Shown here: piece after piece, positions 50,039 through 60,629 of the stretch
Layout: every line of letters starts with the position of its first letter
How positions within the stretch are numbered: position 1 is the stretch's first letter
Assembly (NCBI GenBank): GCA_022614965.1
Contig: JAKEHO010000071.1
Span: forward strand, 19,804 to 83,803
Source of the DNA: Gammaproteobacteria bacterium
GTDB lineage: Bacteria > Pseudomonadota > Gammaproteobacteria > JAKEHO01
DNA length: 64,000 nt
Direction of reading: 5' to 3'
The notes under the pieces: model-generated
Databases searched by the model: none
Told to the model about the DNA's origin: nothing
What the model saw: only the letters and a program-made list of their open reading frames with translations
Position numbers and translations under genes: made by a program

Positions 50039-51169
50039 TCATTGTCGATCGATACGCACCACGAGTCGGTCGCCTTGTTGGTCAATCGTTGTTCCAAAGC
50101 GTTGAGACAACTTGATTATGCGACGTTGAATCGCCGTAAAATCGTCATCTTTTGCCAGATTGACCTGAAGGTTATGAATTTTGAGAGGCACTAGTTCAAT
50201 TCGCTCGATGACATCTGAGGAGATGGTCACAATGAATAATAGCTGCTGGTCATTCCTTAACAACGGATGTACGTAATAGTCGTCGATAAGATCTCCAGTA
50301 TCGTAAAGGATGACTTTTCCTTTATATAGCTCGATTCCTTGGAAAATATGAGCACTATGGCCGTGAAAGACATCAGTGCCGGCATCGATAACCCGATGCG
50401 CAAACTCAATGAATTCCTCTGTAGGTGCCTCGCGCATATTGGGGCCCCAGTGAATAGAGAATACAATGAAATCCGCGCCCAAGTGTTTTACAGATTTGAT
50501 CCTCTCCTCGATTAGCCGAAAGTTTTCCTCTGTGGAATCAACGCGGATGATGTTCGTTCCCGGTGAGTTCGAACCTGCTCCATACTCGCGAAAGTGATCT
50601 GCAAAGGCAATGACGCCGAGTTTTTTCCCCTTCACTTTGAGAATCGCAGGCTGCGAGGCGGCTGTGATATCTTGCCCCGCGCCCGCATGCGCGATCCCTT
50701 GCTCATCCAAGTGCCTGATTGTTTCAAGCAAGGCAGATCCCTGGAAATCCATCGCATGATTATTTGACAAACTAACGTAATCGATGCCTGCGACCGTCAG
50801 CGCTTTTGCTGCTATAGGGGCTGCTCGAAAGTAAAAAGCCCGTTCCGGGCGAAACGGTTTGCCACTTTGTGCAATCACGCATTCTAGATTAACAAGCGTT
50901 GCGTCAGTGGCCGTTAGGAGCGGTAGGGTATCTCCCCAGATGTAAGCGGGGCCTCTTTCATGAATCACACCGTTTACAAGCCTTCCCAGCATCACATCTC
51001 CGGCGAATGCGAGGCGAATGCTTGACTCGGCCGTTTCCGAATAAATAGTTGGCTTTGGTATTTCGGCTTGGTTACTGACATTTACCGATGCGTTGGCATG
51101 GATCGACCCTGCGCAGAAAAACAATGCAATTAGGTAGGTAATTCTCACTAGGCGGTTGTCAGTGGCCAA
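50039..51169 (-). CDS. CapA family (poly-gamma-glutamate synthesis/metallophosphatase-like) protein
   Basis: 376 aa with a signal peptide. FAGDVMLGR, LSNNHAMDF, HWGPN, HGHSAH motifs. Confidence 0.85.
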   Translation of the reverse strand: MATDNRLVRITYLIALFFCAGSIHANASVNVSNQAEIPKPTIYSETAESSIRLAFAGDVMLGRLVNGVIHERGPAYIWGDTLPLLTATDATLVNLECVIAQSGKPFRPERAFYFRAAPIAAKALTVAGIDYVSLSNNHAMDFQGSALLETIRHLDEQGIAHAGAGQDITAASQPAILKVKGKKLGVIAFADHFREYGAGSNSPGTNIIRVDSTEENFRLIEERIKSVKHLGADFIVFSIHWGPNMREAPTEEFIEFAHRVIDAGTDVFHGHSAHIFQGIELYKGKVILYDTGDLIDDYYVHPLLRNDQQLLFIVTISSDVIERIELVPLKIHNLQVNLAKDDDFTAIQRRIIKLSQRFGTTIDQQGDRLVVRIDRQ

Positions 51170-51231
51170 TCGGCAGGACGTCCTGGTGACTGCCCCACTG
51201 TCCCGGCACAGAAATCGTGGCGAGCTAATTG

Positions 51232-51909
51232 TTATTGTACAGTGATCAGCTCTACATCGAAGATCAGCGTTTCATTTGGTCCTATTGCCCCGCCTGCGCC
51301 GCGTTCTCCGTAGGCAAGCTCTGTTGGAACGTACAGCTGCCACTTGGCACCCTCGCTCATCAGAGGTAGTGCTTCTTGCCATCCTTTAATGACATTAGTT
51401 AGCTGCAAGGTAACCGGCTCGCCGCGCTGGTAGGAACTATCAAATTCGTTGCCGTTGATCGTCGTGCCACGGTAATTGACAACAACGGTATCGTTCAGGC
51501 TTGGATGCTTTCCCGTGCCTTCTTGCACCACTTTGTACTGGAGCCCACTTGGCAGCACGACAACGCCTTCTTTACTCTTGTTTGCCTCCAGGAATGCACG
51601 TCCTGCGTCACCATTCTTTTTCGCGAGTGCATTCCGCGCTTCCTGCTGTTTCGCCTGATACGATTTTGTTACTGCCTCCGTTTCCTCGTCGGAGAGGTCT
51701 GATGGTGTGCCGCTTAACATGTCTTCTATACCTTGGGCGAACGCTTGGGGATCCACATCGACGCCCTGACGTAAAAGGCTCTGACCAATCTGACGTCCAA
51801 CGATGTAGCTAAACTTCTGTTTCTCGGTGGTCACCTCGGCTGGACTGGCAATGAGGGGGCAAAGGCACAATGTGACTAAGGTCAGTATGAACAAAGTGTT
51901 CGTCTTCAT
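51232..51909 (-). CDS. FKBP-type peptidyl-prolyl cis-trans isomerase (Mip/FklB-like), secreted
   Basis: Trimmed to ATG 51909 (RBS gaggaa). C-terminal VNYRGTTINGNEFDSSY...VIKGWQEAL...IGPNETLIFDVELI. Confidence 0.9.
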   Translation of the reverse strand: MKTNTLFILTLVTLCLCPLIASPAEVTTEKQKFSYIVGRQIGQSLLRQGVDVDPQAFAQGIEDMLSGTPSDLSDEETEAVTKSYQAKQQEARNALAKKNGDAGRAFLEANKSKEGVVVLPSGLQYKVVQEGTGKHPSLNDTVVVNYRGTTINGNEFDSSYQRGEPVTLQLTNVIKGWQEALPLMSEGAKWQLYVPTELAYGERGAGGAIGPNETLIFDVELITVQ

Positions 51910-52288
51910 GGTTATTCCTCTGATGCAGTGAACGATGGGTGCGTGGCGTGGGCAGCGCGAATGTGTCGAGGGGAGTAGCAACCACCGATTATGGCAGGCG
52001 CAATTTTTGGTTAACACTCGGATCCGCTATAGAGACGCATTGAAATAATATTTTCCCACACTCAGAACGGCAATCCAAGCCGTATAACGCCTCATGGCAC
52101 AAAAGACGTAACACTAATAGCGCACTAGGAAAGATCATCGCCTTAGACCTGCAAATCCAGTCTGCACCGCATCATCCAAATGGCACCTAAACACTTGGGA
52201 AGTTTCTGCGGACAGGATTAGGATCGTGGGTGGGGGTAGAAAAGACTTAGGCGTTTATCGGTTACACCCTACCAGTTGGATCGGAATC

Positions 52289-53449
52289 ATGCCTTTACCT
52301 GATTATCAAAAGGGTAGCATTGTTAACCTTATGAGTTCCATCGTCACGGCGCTCGGAGGAAACCCACTCTTGTATCCGCCATTGCCTGAGGTGCGAGAGG
52401 ATTGGCTCGGCCATCGTGACAGTGTGGTCCTGATGGTGGTTGATGGTCTGGGATACGAGTATCTAACCAAGCAGGGGCGGGGTAGCGTGCTCGAACAACA
52501 CCTTTCATCACGAATTACTTCTGTATTCCCAACGACGACAGCAAGCGCCATTACTACGTTCTTCACAGCCTGTGCGCCTCAGCAACACGCGCTCACAGGC
52601 TGGTTTACCTATTTGAAGGCGATTGACCATGTTGCTGCCGTGCTGCCCTATAGGGCACGGGCAAATTGGGTCTCTTTGCGGGTTCTAGGGCTTGAGCCGA
52701 AGGCAGTGTTTGATCAGTCACCGGTCTTCGATCAGCTTAGCGTACCTTCCTATCTGGTACTGCCCGCTCGGATAGTCGATTCCGAGTACACCTTTGCCCA
52801 CGGCGGATCTGCGGAAAGGCGGGCGTACGTGTCGCTCAAACACTGTTTTCAATGTATCGAGGACATATTGGCCCAAGAGTCGGGGAGAAAGTACATTTAC
52901 GCGTATTGGCCTGAGCTGGATACCTTGGCACACGCGTATGGTATGAACAGCGCCGAGGTATCTCGGCATTTTGCGGAACTCGACGCGGCATTTAGCGAGT
53001 TTTTGTCGAGTACTCGAGCTCGTCACACGAAATTCGTTGTTACGGCTGACCACGGCTTTGTGGATTCACGCCCGGAAGAGATCATCCTTCTAGCCGATCA
53101 TCCCGAACTTGCGGAGACGCTCATTAAGCCGCTCTGCGGTGAGCCCCGGGTTGCCTATTGTTATGTCCATCCTGACAGATGCGAGCGGTTTGAGGCGTAC
53201 GTTAATACAAGACTTTCAAAGCAAGTGCTTCTTGTCCCAAGCCGAAACCTCGTAAATGCCGGCTATTTCGGTTATGGCGAACCACATCCTGAGCTATTCG
53301 ATCGTATTGGAGACTATGCCCTGATTATGAAGGAGCGTTACGTGATTAAAGATCGACTGCCAGGCGAGCATGCGTATCGGCATATTGGTGCTCACGGCGG
53401 CGTCAGCGACGAAGAAATGTACGTTCCTCTGATCCTCATTGATCTTTGA
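52289..53449 (+). CDS. alkaline phosphatase superfamily protein (type I phosphodiesterase/nucleotide pyrophosphatase-like)
   Basis: Trimmed to ATG 52289. VVDGLGYEYL, SVFPTTTASAITT, TADHGF motifs. Confidence 0.8.
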   Translation: MPLPDYQKGSIVNLMSSIVTALGGNPLLYPPLPEVREDWLGHRDSVVLMVVDGLGYEYLTKQGRGSVLEQHLSSRITSVFPTTTASAITTFFTACAPQQHALTGWFTYLKAIDHVAAVLPYRARANWVSLRVLGLEPKAVFDQSPVFDQLSVPSYLVLPARIVDSEYTFAHGGSAERRAYVSLKHCFQCIEDILAQESGRKYIYAYWPELDTLAHAYGMNSAEVSRHFAELDAAFSEFLSSTRARHTKFVVTADHGFVDSRPEEIILLADHPELAETLIKPLCGEPRVAYCYVHPDRCERFEAYVNTRLSKQVLLVPSRNLVNAGYFGYGEPHPELFDRIGDYALIMKERYVIKDRLPGEHAYRHIGAHGGVSDEEMYVPLILIDL

Positions 53450-53516
53450 GGGTAGATGGAAATGCTGCGTCGTATTGAGGCCAACAGCGTCTATAGGACA
53501 GCTGAACCGGTTAACC

Positions 53517-54173
53517 TTACAGCGCGCCGTGCTCCTTTAGCAATTCATATATTCTTTCTGCCATCTGCAGATAGCCTCTGTTATTGGCATGGACCGGATC
53601 GGATTTCAGTGAAGGATCAGACAGAACGTCGGGCAAGATGTCACCGTCGTAGACTAGGTTAAACTCTTCGGCCAGTTCTGTATAGAAACTGGCAGGTGTC
53701 AGAAACAGACCAGGCCTCGGTACACCCAGAAGCACAACGGGGACACTCTGCTGCTGTGCTAATTGAATCATCTCACGGAGATTCGCTTTGATTTCATTTG
53801 GATCTTTTTTTCGCAGCATGTCGTTTCCTGCGTGACAGATGATCAGGAGATCCGGCTGGTATCTGTCCAGTAACTGGGGTAAGCGCTTTACGCCTATTCC
53901 TGAAAGTTCACCTGAGACGCCTGCATTGATCACGTCGCGCTTCGTCAACTGCGCGAGCACGGTTGGATAACTTTCTTCTTTTTTTGCACCTTGCCCTGCC
54001 GTAAGGCTGTCACCAAATGCCAGGATCGTTCCATGTTCAGGAAGTTTTGGTAGCGGTGGTGTATCGGATGAGCAGCCATATAGCAAGAGCAAAGCGCAAA
54101 ATACTGCGAACAGTTCCGATAATATCAGCGTATGGTTGGTCCGGCTTGAGTGCCTATTCAGCGCGGCTGGCAT
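53517..54173 (-). CDS. SGNH/GDSL arylesterase (TesA-like) lipoprotein
   Basis: Trimmed to ATG 54173. Lipobox LYGC. ILAFGDSLTAG (block I), plus GNDMLR and DPVHANNRG blocks. Confidence 0.85.
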   Translation of the reverse strand: MPAALNRHSSRTNHTLILSELFAVFCALLLLYGCSSDTPPLPKLPEHGTILAFGDSLTAGQGAKKEESYPTVLAQLTKRDVINAGVSGELSGIGVKRLPQLLDRYQPDLLIICHAGNDMLRKKDPNEIKANLREMIQLAQQQSVPVVLLGVPRPGLFLTPASFYTELAEEFNLVYDGDILPDVLSDPSLKSDPVHANNRGYLQMAERIYELLKEHGAL

Positions 54174-54332
54174 TGAAACTTGTATTCGATTTGTCGAACG
54201 GGAAATCTTACCGATTTGACCCATAGCATTTTGTTCATAGAACGGATGGCCCGAATCGCGGTCTATTGTGATTGATGCAAGTACGTAATTATGGATAAGG
54301 CGAGTTAACACAGGGTCTGTCGCCGGCGAAGC

Positions 54333-56150
54333 CTATCTGGCTTCCCTGAGCTGGATGGTCGGAAAATACATTCCTTCGAGTTCGCGCACCCACGATTGCC
54401 CATTTTGCCGTTTCGTTGCTGGATCCGTGAATTTGTAGTCATAGAGGAGCGCCCTAATGTAGGTTGGCGGTTTTTCCGGAAAGGGATTTGCGTGTAGGAG
54501 GTTGAGGACATCAGGGGAGTTTTGTAAAAGACGAAAGAGGAAGTTTCCAAACCACGGATTTTGGCTTTCATCGCCGAGCGCGGCGAACCACATTTGCCAG
54601 TCAAGCCGCGGCTGGTGCGGAATATTCCAGCGCGGACGTCTCTTCACATTCCCGGGCTTATATTCGAATTCGTACTCGATCCAGTTTGTTCGGTCATATG
54701 ATCCTTCCACGATGATCTCGGGGCGCATAGTGGTCATCACCGCAAACAGGCCATAGGGATTGACGATCCTAAACGGTGCAAAAAGCTCCGTAACCACAGC
54801 AGCAAACCGGGGCGGCGGCGTTCTGGTGAGTACACTTAAGAGCTGGAAACTACTGATGAAGATAACGACCCCTGCGACCGTGCCCACGATAACAGAACGA
54901 AGCTGTGTTACCCCCTTCAAATTGACGGATAGGGCAAGTTTTTTATCGAGACCGTGAGGAATGATTTTTCTGACATGGGCATCATCGAAAAGAAAGATAC
55001 ACAATCCAATTACCAATAGATTGAAAAAGTTATAGTTACCCGTCACAAGAATTGTGATCTGGAAAAAGACAAAGGTGTAACCCGCGATAAACCGAACTCT
55101 CCGGGGGGCAAAGATCAAGAATGGAATGACCAATTCAATAACAAAGGTGCAGGCAACAGAAAATGTATGAAACCAGGCCGGCCAGTGATGGATATACCAT
55201 GCAATCGGTGTCGGAAGGGGTTGTGTCTCGTAGTGATAGGACAGTGCGCTGAGATTTGCCCAGGACGCATCGTTGCTGAGTAGTTTCACGGCCCCTGAGA
55301 GAAACATAAGGCGAAATAGAAGCCAGCGATACAGCCAGACGACGACGTGCGAGGCTGGGCAGAGGAAGATAGCGAGAAAGCCTGTTTCCAAAAGCAGGAG
55401 ATCCCACTGGAATGCCATAAATAGATGCCCCGCGTAGAACAGTGACAAATAAAGCACGAAGACTGCGATAAGGGAAAGCTGTAGGAGAAAATTGAAGACG
55501 ACGAAGAGGGAAACGAGTGCACCTAGAATGCAAATAGACTGGAGAAAGAAATCATTGGTATTGAACCATAATATCGTGGGTACAAGCCAATATTTTTCTA
55601 GTCCGTACGCACTATCAAGCTGAACAAGGTAGTCATGCAAAGGGATGATGCCGTTGCTGCCGGCAAGTCCCAAAATCTGTGTGCCTAATGATACGAATGC
55701 ACAGAAATAGATGAGACCGAGGTAGCGCAGGAAAACCCAGCTGATGATCGCGAAACGAGCAGGTTCTAACTCGCGACCCCACAGCAGAATGGAGATCCGG
55801 TGAAATAAGGGGCGATGGCGAGAGAGAAACAAATAGACGAGTTCCGAGACCCAGCTAAAGCCTGGCAGATACTTGTAGAGCCACAGCCAGAAGCCTTGTC
55901 CCTTGGCAAAGCTGAGCGTTCTGTACGATGCTTCAGCACCACTGCAGATTTTTCCATCCGGAGACACAAACTGTATAGCGCGCTTGAAATCGTGCGGTGG
56001 TATATCAGGAAATTCGTCACCTACGGCCTGATACGGTTCGTACTGGATCGCATCACCCGTCAGTTTTGCCCAGTAGCGTATCCAGTATCGACAGGATCCG
56101 CAGTCACCGTCATAAATCAGAAGTGGCCGCCTGCGAGGAGAATGTACCAT
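54333..56150 (-). CDS. fusion protein: DCC1-like thiol-disulfide oxidoreductase (DUF393) + lipase maturation factor/HTTM-like polytopic membrane domain
   Basis: N-terminal LIYDGDCGSCRYWIRYW (DCC motif), then about 10 TM helices. The C-terminal WFGNFLFRLLQNSPDVLNLLHANPFPEKPPTYIRALLYDYKF is typical of the LMF family. Confidence 0.8.
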   Translation of the reverse strand: MVHSPRRRPLLIYDGDCGSCRYWIRYWAKLTGDAIQYEPYQAVGDEFPDIPPHDFKRAIQFVSPDGKICSGAEASYRTLSFAKGQGFWLWLYKYLPGFSWVSELVYLFLSRHRPLFHRISILLWGRELEPARFAIISWVFLRYLGLIYFCAFVSLGTQILGLAGSNGIIPLHDYLVQLDSAYGLEKYWLVPTILWFNTNDFFLQSICILGALVSLFVVFNFLLQLSLIAVFVLYLSLFYAGHLFMAFQWDLLLLETGFLAIFLCPASHVVVWLYRWLLFRLMFLSGAVKLLSNDASWANLSALSYHYETQPLPTPIAWYIHHWPAWFHTFSVACTFVIELVIPFLIFAPRRVRFIAGYTFVFFQITILVTGNYNFFNLLVIGLCIFLFDDAHVRKIIPHGLDKKLALSVNLKGVTQLRSVIVGTVAGVVIFISSFQLLSVLTRTPPPRFAAVVTELFAPFRIVNPYGLFAVMTTMRPEIIVEGSYDRTNWIEYEFEYKPGNVKRRPRWNIPHQPRLDWQMWFAALGDESQNPWFGNFLFRLLQNSPDVLNLLHANPFPEKPPTYIRALLYDYKFTDPATKRQNGQSWVRELEGMYFPTIQLREAR

Positions 56151-56218
56151 GGTTATGTCAATACTTGCCGCGCTGAACTAGCGCTTGCGTATGCAATTGT
56201 CGCATACTTGATGCCTGA

Positions 56219-57724
56219 CTAGGGGCGCGTATATCGATGCTTGACACCAGACGGGAACCATTCAGGATCACCATGGGGTAGAAGTGTGATCCGGGGCTTC
56301 TGGTATTTTTCGGGTACATAATGGGCAAATTCGCTATTTAGCCGCCGAATGTGGTATGTGACTGACTCCACAACAAGCTTGCGGTGCTCATCGTCTGCTA
56401 CTGCATTGGGCGCGAGTTCTACTGCAATAAAAAGAAACTTATTTTGATCTTCGTCATCCTGGACCTGCATCACAAATTTTCCAGTTACCCATTCTTTGAT
56501 GCCGGCCTGTTGCAGGCCAACAGTGATATTTTCCGGATAGATCTTTGCGCCGAAGTACGAAATCGTGAAATGCGATCGGCCGAATACGTAGACAAAAGGT
56601 TGACTGCGAGCGCCGCGTTGGCTATATCGCCGCAATTCCTTTATTGGATCAAAGTTAAATTGCGCGAGAAATTGTAGCAATGCGTCGTATGTGATCAGCC
56701 CGCCTTCGTCCGATATATGGTAGCGCACGAGCGGAATGCCATTATCGCCTGTGAAAAGCAATGTGCCATCGAAGGTCTCAAAGAACCAGCATAAAGGATC
56801 ATATTGCACCAGCGTCGGTAGGCGTGATTCACCGAAGAGCTTCCGCATCGCGGTAGGTTCATCTGCGAGAAAACGACGGATGCAGATGGAAAGTGGTGTC
56901 TCGTTACCCAATACCCCGGCATCGGCGGTGCCATAAAATGCGGCCGAGTCAAAATAAGGGTTGTCGGATCCCACCCGCTCGCAGATCAAGCTTCGCCATT
57001 CTTCGCTAAATACCTCACCGGCGAATACCAACTTGGTTCTGTACCGACTCCAGTTCATCCCAAGGGCAATGCCCTCATCGATCACGTCCTTAATAAATGG
57101 CGGGTAACCAAGGAACACGACCTGATCGAAGGCAGGCCCAAGCGCCTTGATCACGCGGAGGATCTCATTTTTGTCGTTGCCCGGGGTTATTACAGTGACA
57201 GGATACCCTTTCGATGCCAGATGACGGCAACAGGCAGCCGTATACATGCCGCCGACCCAGCTCCCCAGACTGAAGCCAACGACAGCAAGCGTACCCCGGC
57301 TGTCGGCCTGAAAGCTGTCGTGGAATACCTGCTCGAAGCGTGCGGCCGTGGCGAACTCGTGACTGATAAACCGCGGCCAAAAGACAGGCTTACCGGTGGA
57401 ACCTGAGGATACGGCCACCATATCGCAGGTTTCGAGTCGCCCGTTTCGGCACAAATGCGCGATGGGGTGGCAGTTGACATAGTTGTCCTTGGTTATGAAG
57501 GGGAGCTTCTGAAATGCCTCGAAAGTCTGTATGTTACCGGCATCGACGCCTTGTGCCTTCAGAAATGCCCCATAGGCGGGGACTGTGGCAGCGACCTCCT
57601 GAAACAAGGAGAGCACATGCTGCTCCGCTGACGAGGCCAAGTGCCGCCCAACAAGAGTCTCAAGCTTAGTATTAAGAAAGTCTCTTAAGCTATTGATTGC
57701 GAGCTTCCGCTTTTCTTGCCACAC
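56219..57724 (-). CDS. adenylate-forming enzyme, phenylacetate-CoA ligase/F390 synthetase-like family
   Basis: 501 aa. AVSSGSTGKPVFWP is an AMP-binding core motif. GH3/PaaK-like layout. Confidence 0.8.
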   Translation of the reverse strand: MWQEKRKLAINSLRDFLNTKLETLVGRHLASSAEQHVLSLFQEVAATVPAYGAFLKAQGVDAGNIQTFEAFQKLPFITKDNYVNCHPIAHLCRNGRLETCDMVAVSSGSTGKPVFWPRFISHEFATAARFEQVFHDSFQADSRGTLAVVGFSLGSWVGGMYTAACCRHLASKGYPVTVITPGNDKNEILRVIKALGPAFDQVVFLGYPPFIKDVIDEGIALGMNWSRYRTKLVFAGEVFSEEWRSLICERVGSDNPYFDSAAFYGTADAGVLGNETPLSICIRRFLADEPTAMRKLFGESRLPTLVQYDPLCWFFETFDGTLLFTGDNGIPLVRYHISDEGGLITYDALLQFLAQFNFDPIKELRRYSQRGARSQPFVYVFGRSHFTISYFGAKIYPENITVGLQQAGIKEWVTGKFVMQVQDDEDQNKFLFIAVELAPNAVADDEHRKLVVESVTYHIRRLNSEFAHYVPEKYQKPRITLLPHGDPEWFPSGVKHRYTRP

Positions 57725-58184
57725 GGTGGGGGATCAACAGGGCGCTAGGTTGAGTGCGAGGCGGCAGGGCATGATGCGAGCCTAAGGCGGCTGAGCCAAA
57801 GGGCTTGCGGCGGGCAAGCTCTATGGGGAGGATAACACTTGACTCCAAGCATGGTGATACGTCATGCCCTCGTGATACGGTCTTCAGCCAAAAGTAGAGT
57901 TCGCTGCCGGTTGGGAGGCGGTTTCAGTGATGATGATGCGGTTCGCCCCAGACGCATATCAAGGGCCCTTTAGCCTTTGTGGTGTGTTCAATCTGGCACA
58001 TCCGCAGTGCAAAGGCATATCTTTGGGCTTCTGCTCTTTGAATTCAACACGCTGGACTGCCTATGGCTTTGTGAAACTTTTGTGATGATCGCTCAGTATG
58101 CTTGGCGCTACTCTCTTTGTGTTTGAGGTGGGAAAATAAAAACAGGGTGCCATGAGTTCAAAGGCAAGAAGGACCCCACAACCT

Positions 58185-58901
58185 ATGCAGCGTTGCATTC
58201 TCGTTGTGGAGGATGACCGCGACATCGCCGACCTCGTGAAGATCCACCTAGAGGATCTTAACTGCAACGTGACTGTAGCTCATAGTGGCGCTGCGGGGTT
58301 CTCACTTGCTCAGTCCAAACATTTTGATCTTATCATTCTTGACTTGATGCTTCCGGAGTTGGACGGTCTTGAGATTTGCCGACGACTACGGGGACAAGAA
58401 CATTACACCCCTATTCTGATGTTAACAGCAAAGACCACAGAATTGGATCGAGTTCTGGGTCTGGAACTCGGTGCGGATGACTATTTAACCAAGCCGTTTA
58501 GTGTTTTGGAATTAGTGGCACGAGTGAAGGCAATATTTCGTCGAATGCATGCGCTAAGCAGCCGCGATGCCGCAGAGCCTGAAACGATTAAAGTCCGGGA
58601 TCTCATCATCGATACAGGCAGTCGATCGGTCACTTTAAATGGTAAATCTCTCACGCTAACAGCAAAAGAGTTCGATCTGTTGGCTTATTTTGCTGGGCAT
58701 CCGGAACGGGTCTTTAGTCGATCTCAGCTGCTCGATGCCGTTTGGGGACATGGGCATGGCGGCTATGAACACACGGTAAACTCGCATATCAACCGGCTAC
58801 GGGCCAAGATCGAAGTGGATACGGCGGATCCCCAATACATTGTTACGGTATGGGGTGTTGGTTATAAATTTTCGAGTTCTGATCGACACGCGGGGGGCTA
58901 A
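58185..58901 (+). CDS. OmpR/PhoB-family response regulator
   Basis: ILVVEDDRDIADL..DLIILDLMLPELDG receiver domain, plus a C-terminal winged-helix domain (VWGVGYKF). The start is ATG 58185, or 58152 as in the track. Confidence 0.9.
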   Translation: MQRCILVVEDDRDIADLVKIHLEDLNCNVTVAHSGAAGFSLAQSKHFDLIILDLMLPELDGLEICRRLRGQEHYTPILMLTAKTTELDRVLGLELGADDYLTKPFSVLELVARVKAIFRRMHALSSRDAAEPETIKVRDLIIDTGSRSVTLNGKSLTLTAKEFDLLAYFAGHPERVFSRSQLLDAVWGHGHGGYEHTVNSHINRLRAKIEVDTADPQYIVTVWGVGYKFSSSDRHAGG

Positions 58902-60404
58902 GTGGTTCCAAATACACTTTATGGGAAACTCGCAGCCGTACTGTTGGCGCTATTTTTCCTTTTGGGCGTGTTGTTTGTCCTGGCAATGCAGTTTTCCACT
59001 AGCATATACCAGCATGAAGTTGCCCAAGAACTCCATCGAGATCTCGCAAGATCCATTGTGTCACAGAACATGGGTTTTCGGGGATGGAAATTGACATCGG
59101 AAGTACTGAGGACCGTGTTTGGTAAGGTAATGGAGATCAACCCGAGCATCGAGATCTATTTGCTGGATTCACATGGTAATATCCTCACTTACAATGCCCC
59201 ACCAGGAAAGGTACAGCGTAGCCGCGTGGACATTGCGCCCCTGCGTGCGGCTTTGGATAACACGGGCAAGTATCCTATCTTCGGCGATGATCCCCGTGAC
59301 CTCGGGCGCCGAAAGATCTTCTCTGTCGCTCCTATCCCCGAGCAGGGCACGCCGAAGGGTTATCTCTATGTCATCTTGGGTGGGGAAACCTATGACAACG
59401 TCTTACAGAGATTCCGAATTCGGCACTTATTTCAGTTAACAATGGAGCTTTTTCTCGTTGCCCTGGTGTTTGGCTTGGTAGTGGCCTTGATCAGTTTCGC
59501 GCTGCTTACGCGACGCCTAAAGTATCTGACTTCGGCTATGGAAAGCTTTGAAAAAAATGACTTCGGCGCGAGAACAGGCGACTTTCCTCCGGACATCGGA
59601 GATCGGTCAGGCGACGAGATCGACCGCCTAGCAGCCAGTTTCAATGAGATGGCGAGCAAGATCACGGAGCAGATGAAGAAACTGAAAGACGCGGACACGC
59701 TGCTGCGTGAATTGGTGGCCGATATCTCTCATGATTTACGTACACCACTTGCAGCGCTCAGCGGCTATCTGGACACTGTTTTGTTGAAAGATAAGGATCT
59801 TGCGCGAGAAGAACGGCGGAACTATCTAGAAATTGCATCACGACACAGTCAACGGCTCGGTAAACTCGTCGATGAGCTATTTGAGCTCGGCAAGCTCGAT
59901 TCCAGATGGGTTGAAATTCATTGTGAACAGTTTTCGCCTTCCGAACTAGTCCTGGATATCGCGCAGAAATTCCAGCTCCGGGCGAAGCAGGCGAAGGTTA
60001 CTATTCAAACCGAAATTCCCGCCGAAATCCCCCAGGTCGTCGCCGATATTGGATTGATCGAACGAGCGTTCGAGAACCTGATCGATAATGCCTTGCAGAA
60101 TACGCCAGAGGGCGGAACTATCATGCTGGCGCTGTGCCCAAATAGCGACCACATCACGGTGACTATCTCGGATACTGGATCGGGCATTTCGGAGGACGAG
60201 CTACCCTATATCTTTGACCGTTATTACCAGGTGAAACAGAGCCACAAGGAGCGTTCTGGGCGGGCCGGCCTTGGCCTTGCGATCACGAAACGCATCATTG
60301 ACCTGCATGGCGGCACCATCGGCGTTGAAAGCGTCCGCAACGGCGGCACGCGGTTCAAGTTTCAATTGCGCACCACGCCCTCACCGAGGGGTCCTGTTAG
60401 CTAA
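58902..60404 (+). CDS. sensor histidine kinase (2 TM, HAMP, HisKA, HATPase_c)
   Basis: GTG directly after the response regulator stop. H-box ISHDLRTPL, N-box NLIDNALQNTPEGG, and G-boxes DTGSGI and GLGLAI. Confidence 0.9.
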   Translation: MVPNTLYGKLAAVLLALFFLLGVLFVLAMQFSTSIYQHEVAQELHRDLARSIVSQNMGFRGWKLTSEVLRTVFGKVMEINPSIEIYLLDSHGNILTYNAPPGKVQRSRVDIAPLRAALDNTGKYPIFGDDPRDLGRRKIFSVAPIPEQGTPKGYLYVILGGETYDNVLQRFRIRHLFQLTMELFLVALVFGLVVALISFALLTRRLKYLTSAMESFEKNDFGARTGDFPPDIGDRSGDEIDRLAASFNEMASKITEQMKKLKDADTLLRELVADISHDLRTPLAALSGYLDTVLLKDKDLAREERRNYLEIASRHSQRLGKLVDELFELGKLDSRWVEIHCEQFSPSELVLDIAQKFQLRAKQAKVTIQTEIPAEIPQVVADIGLIERAFENLIDNALQNTPEGGTIMLALCPNSDHITVTISDTGSGISEDELPYIFDRYYQVKQSHKERSGRAGLGLAITKRIIDLHGGTIGVESVRNGGTRFKFQLRTTPSPRGPVS

Positions 60405-60490
60405 GCCCCGTCATCCCGGTTCCTCAACGCGCGCCTCTGGGACACAGCCGCCTCGCCAAATCCTTGGCTGGAGGTGATGTTTCTATGATA

Positions 60491-60522
60491 AAAATGTTAA
60501 ACGTTGGTGATACTCTTGTTAC
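60491..60522 (+). promoter_or_regulatory. conserved upstream box of EF-hand gene copy 1
   Basis: AAATGTTAAAcgTTgGTGAtaCTCtTG lies about 139 nt upstream of ATG 60630. The same box sits at the same distance before copy 2. Confidence 0.35.
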
Positions 60523-60629
60523 ATTCCCGCCGTACAGTACGGTCCTGTGGGCGCACTCACGTTCACCATGGGAGTTTGCTGCTGAGCAGCGAATACTCAT
60601 GACAATGAAATCTACCGAGGATTCTCGCG

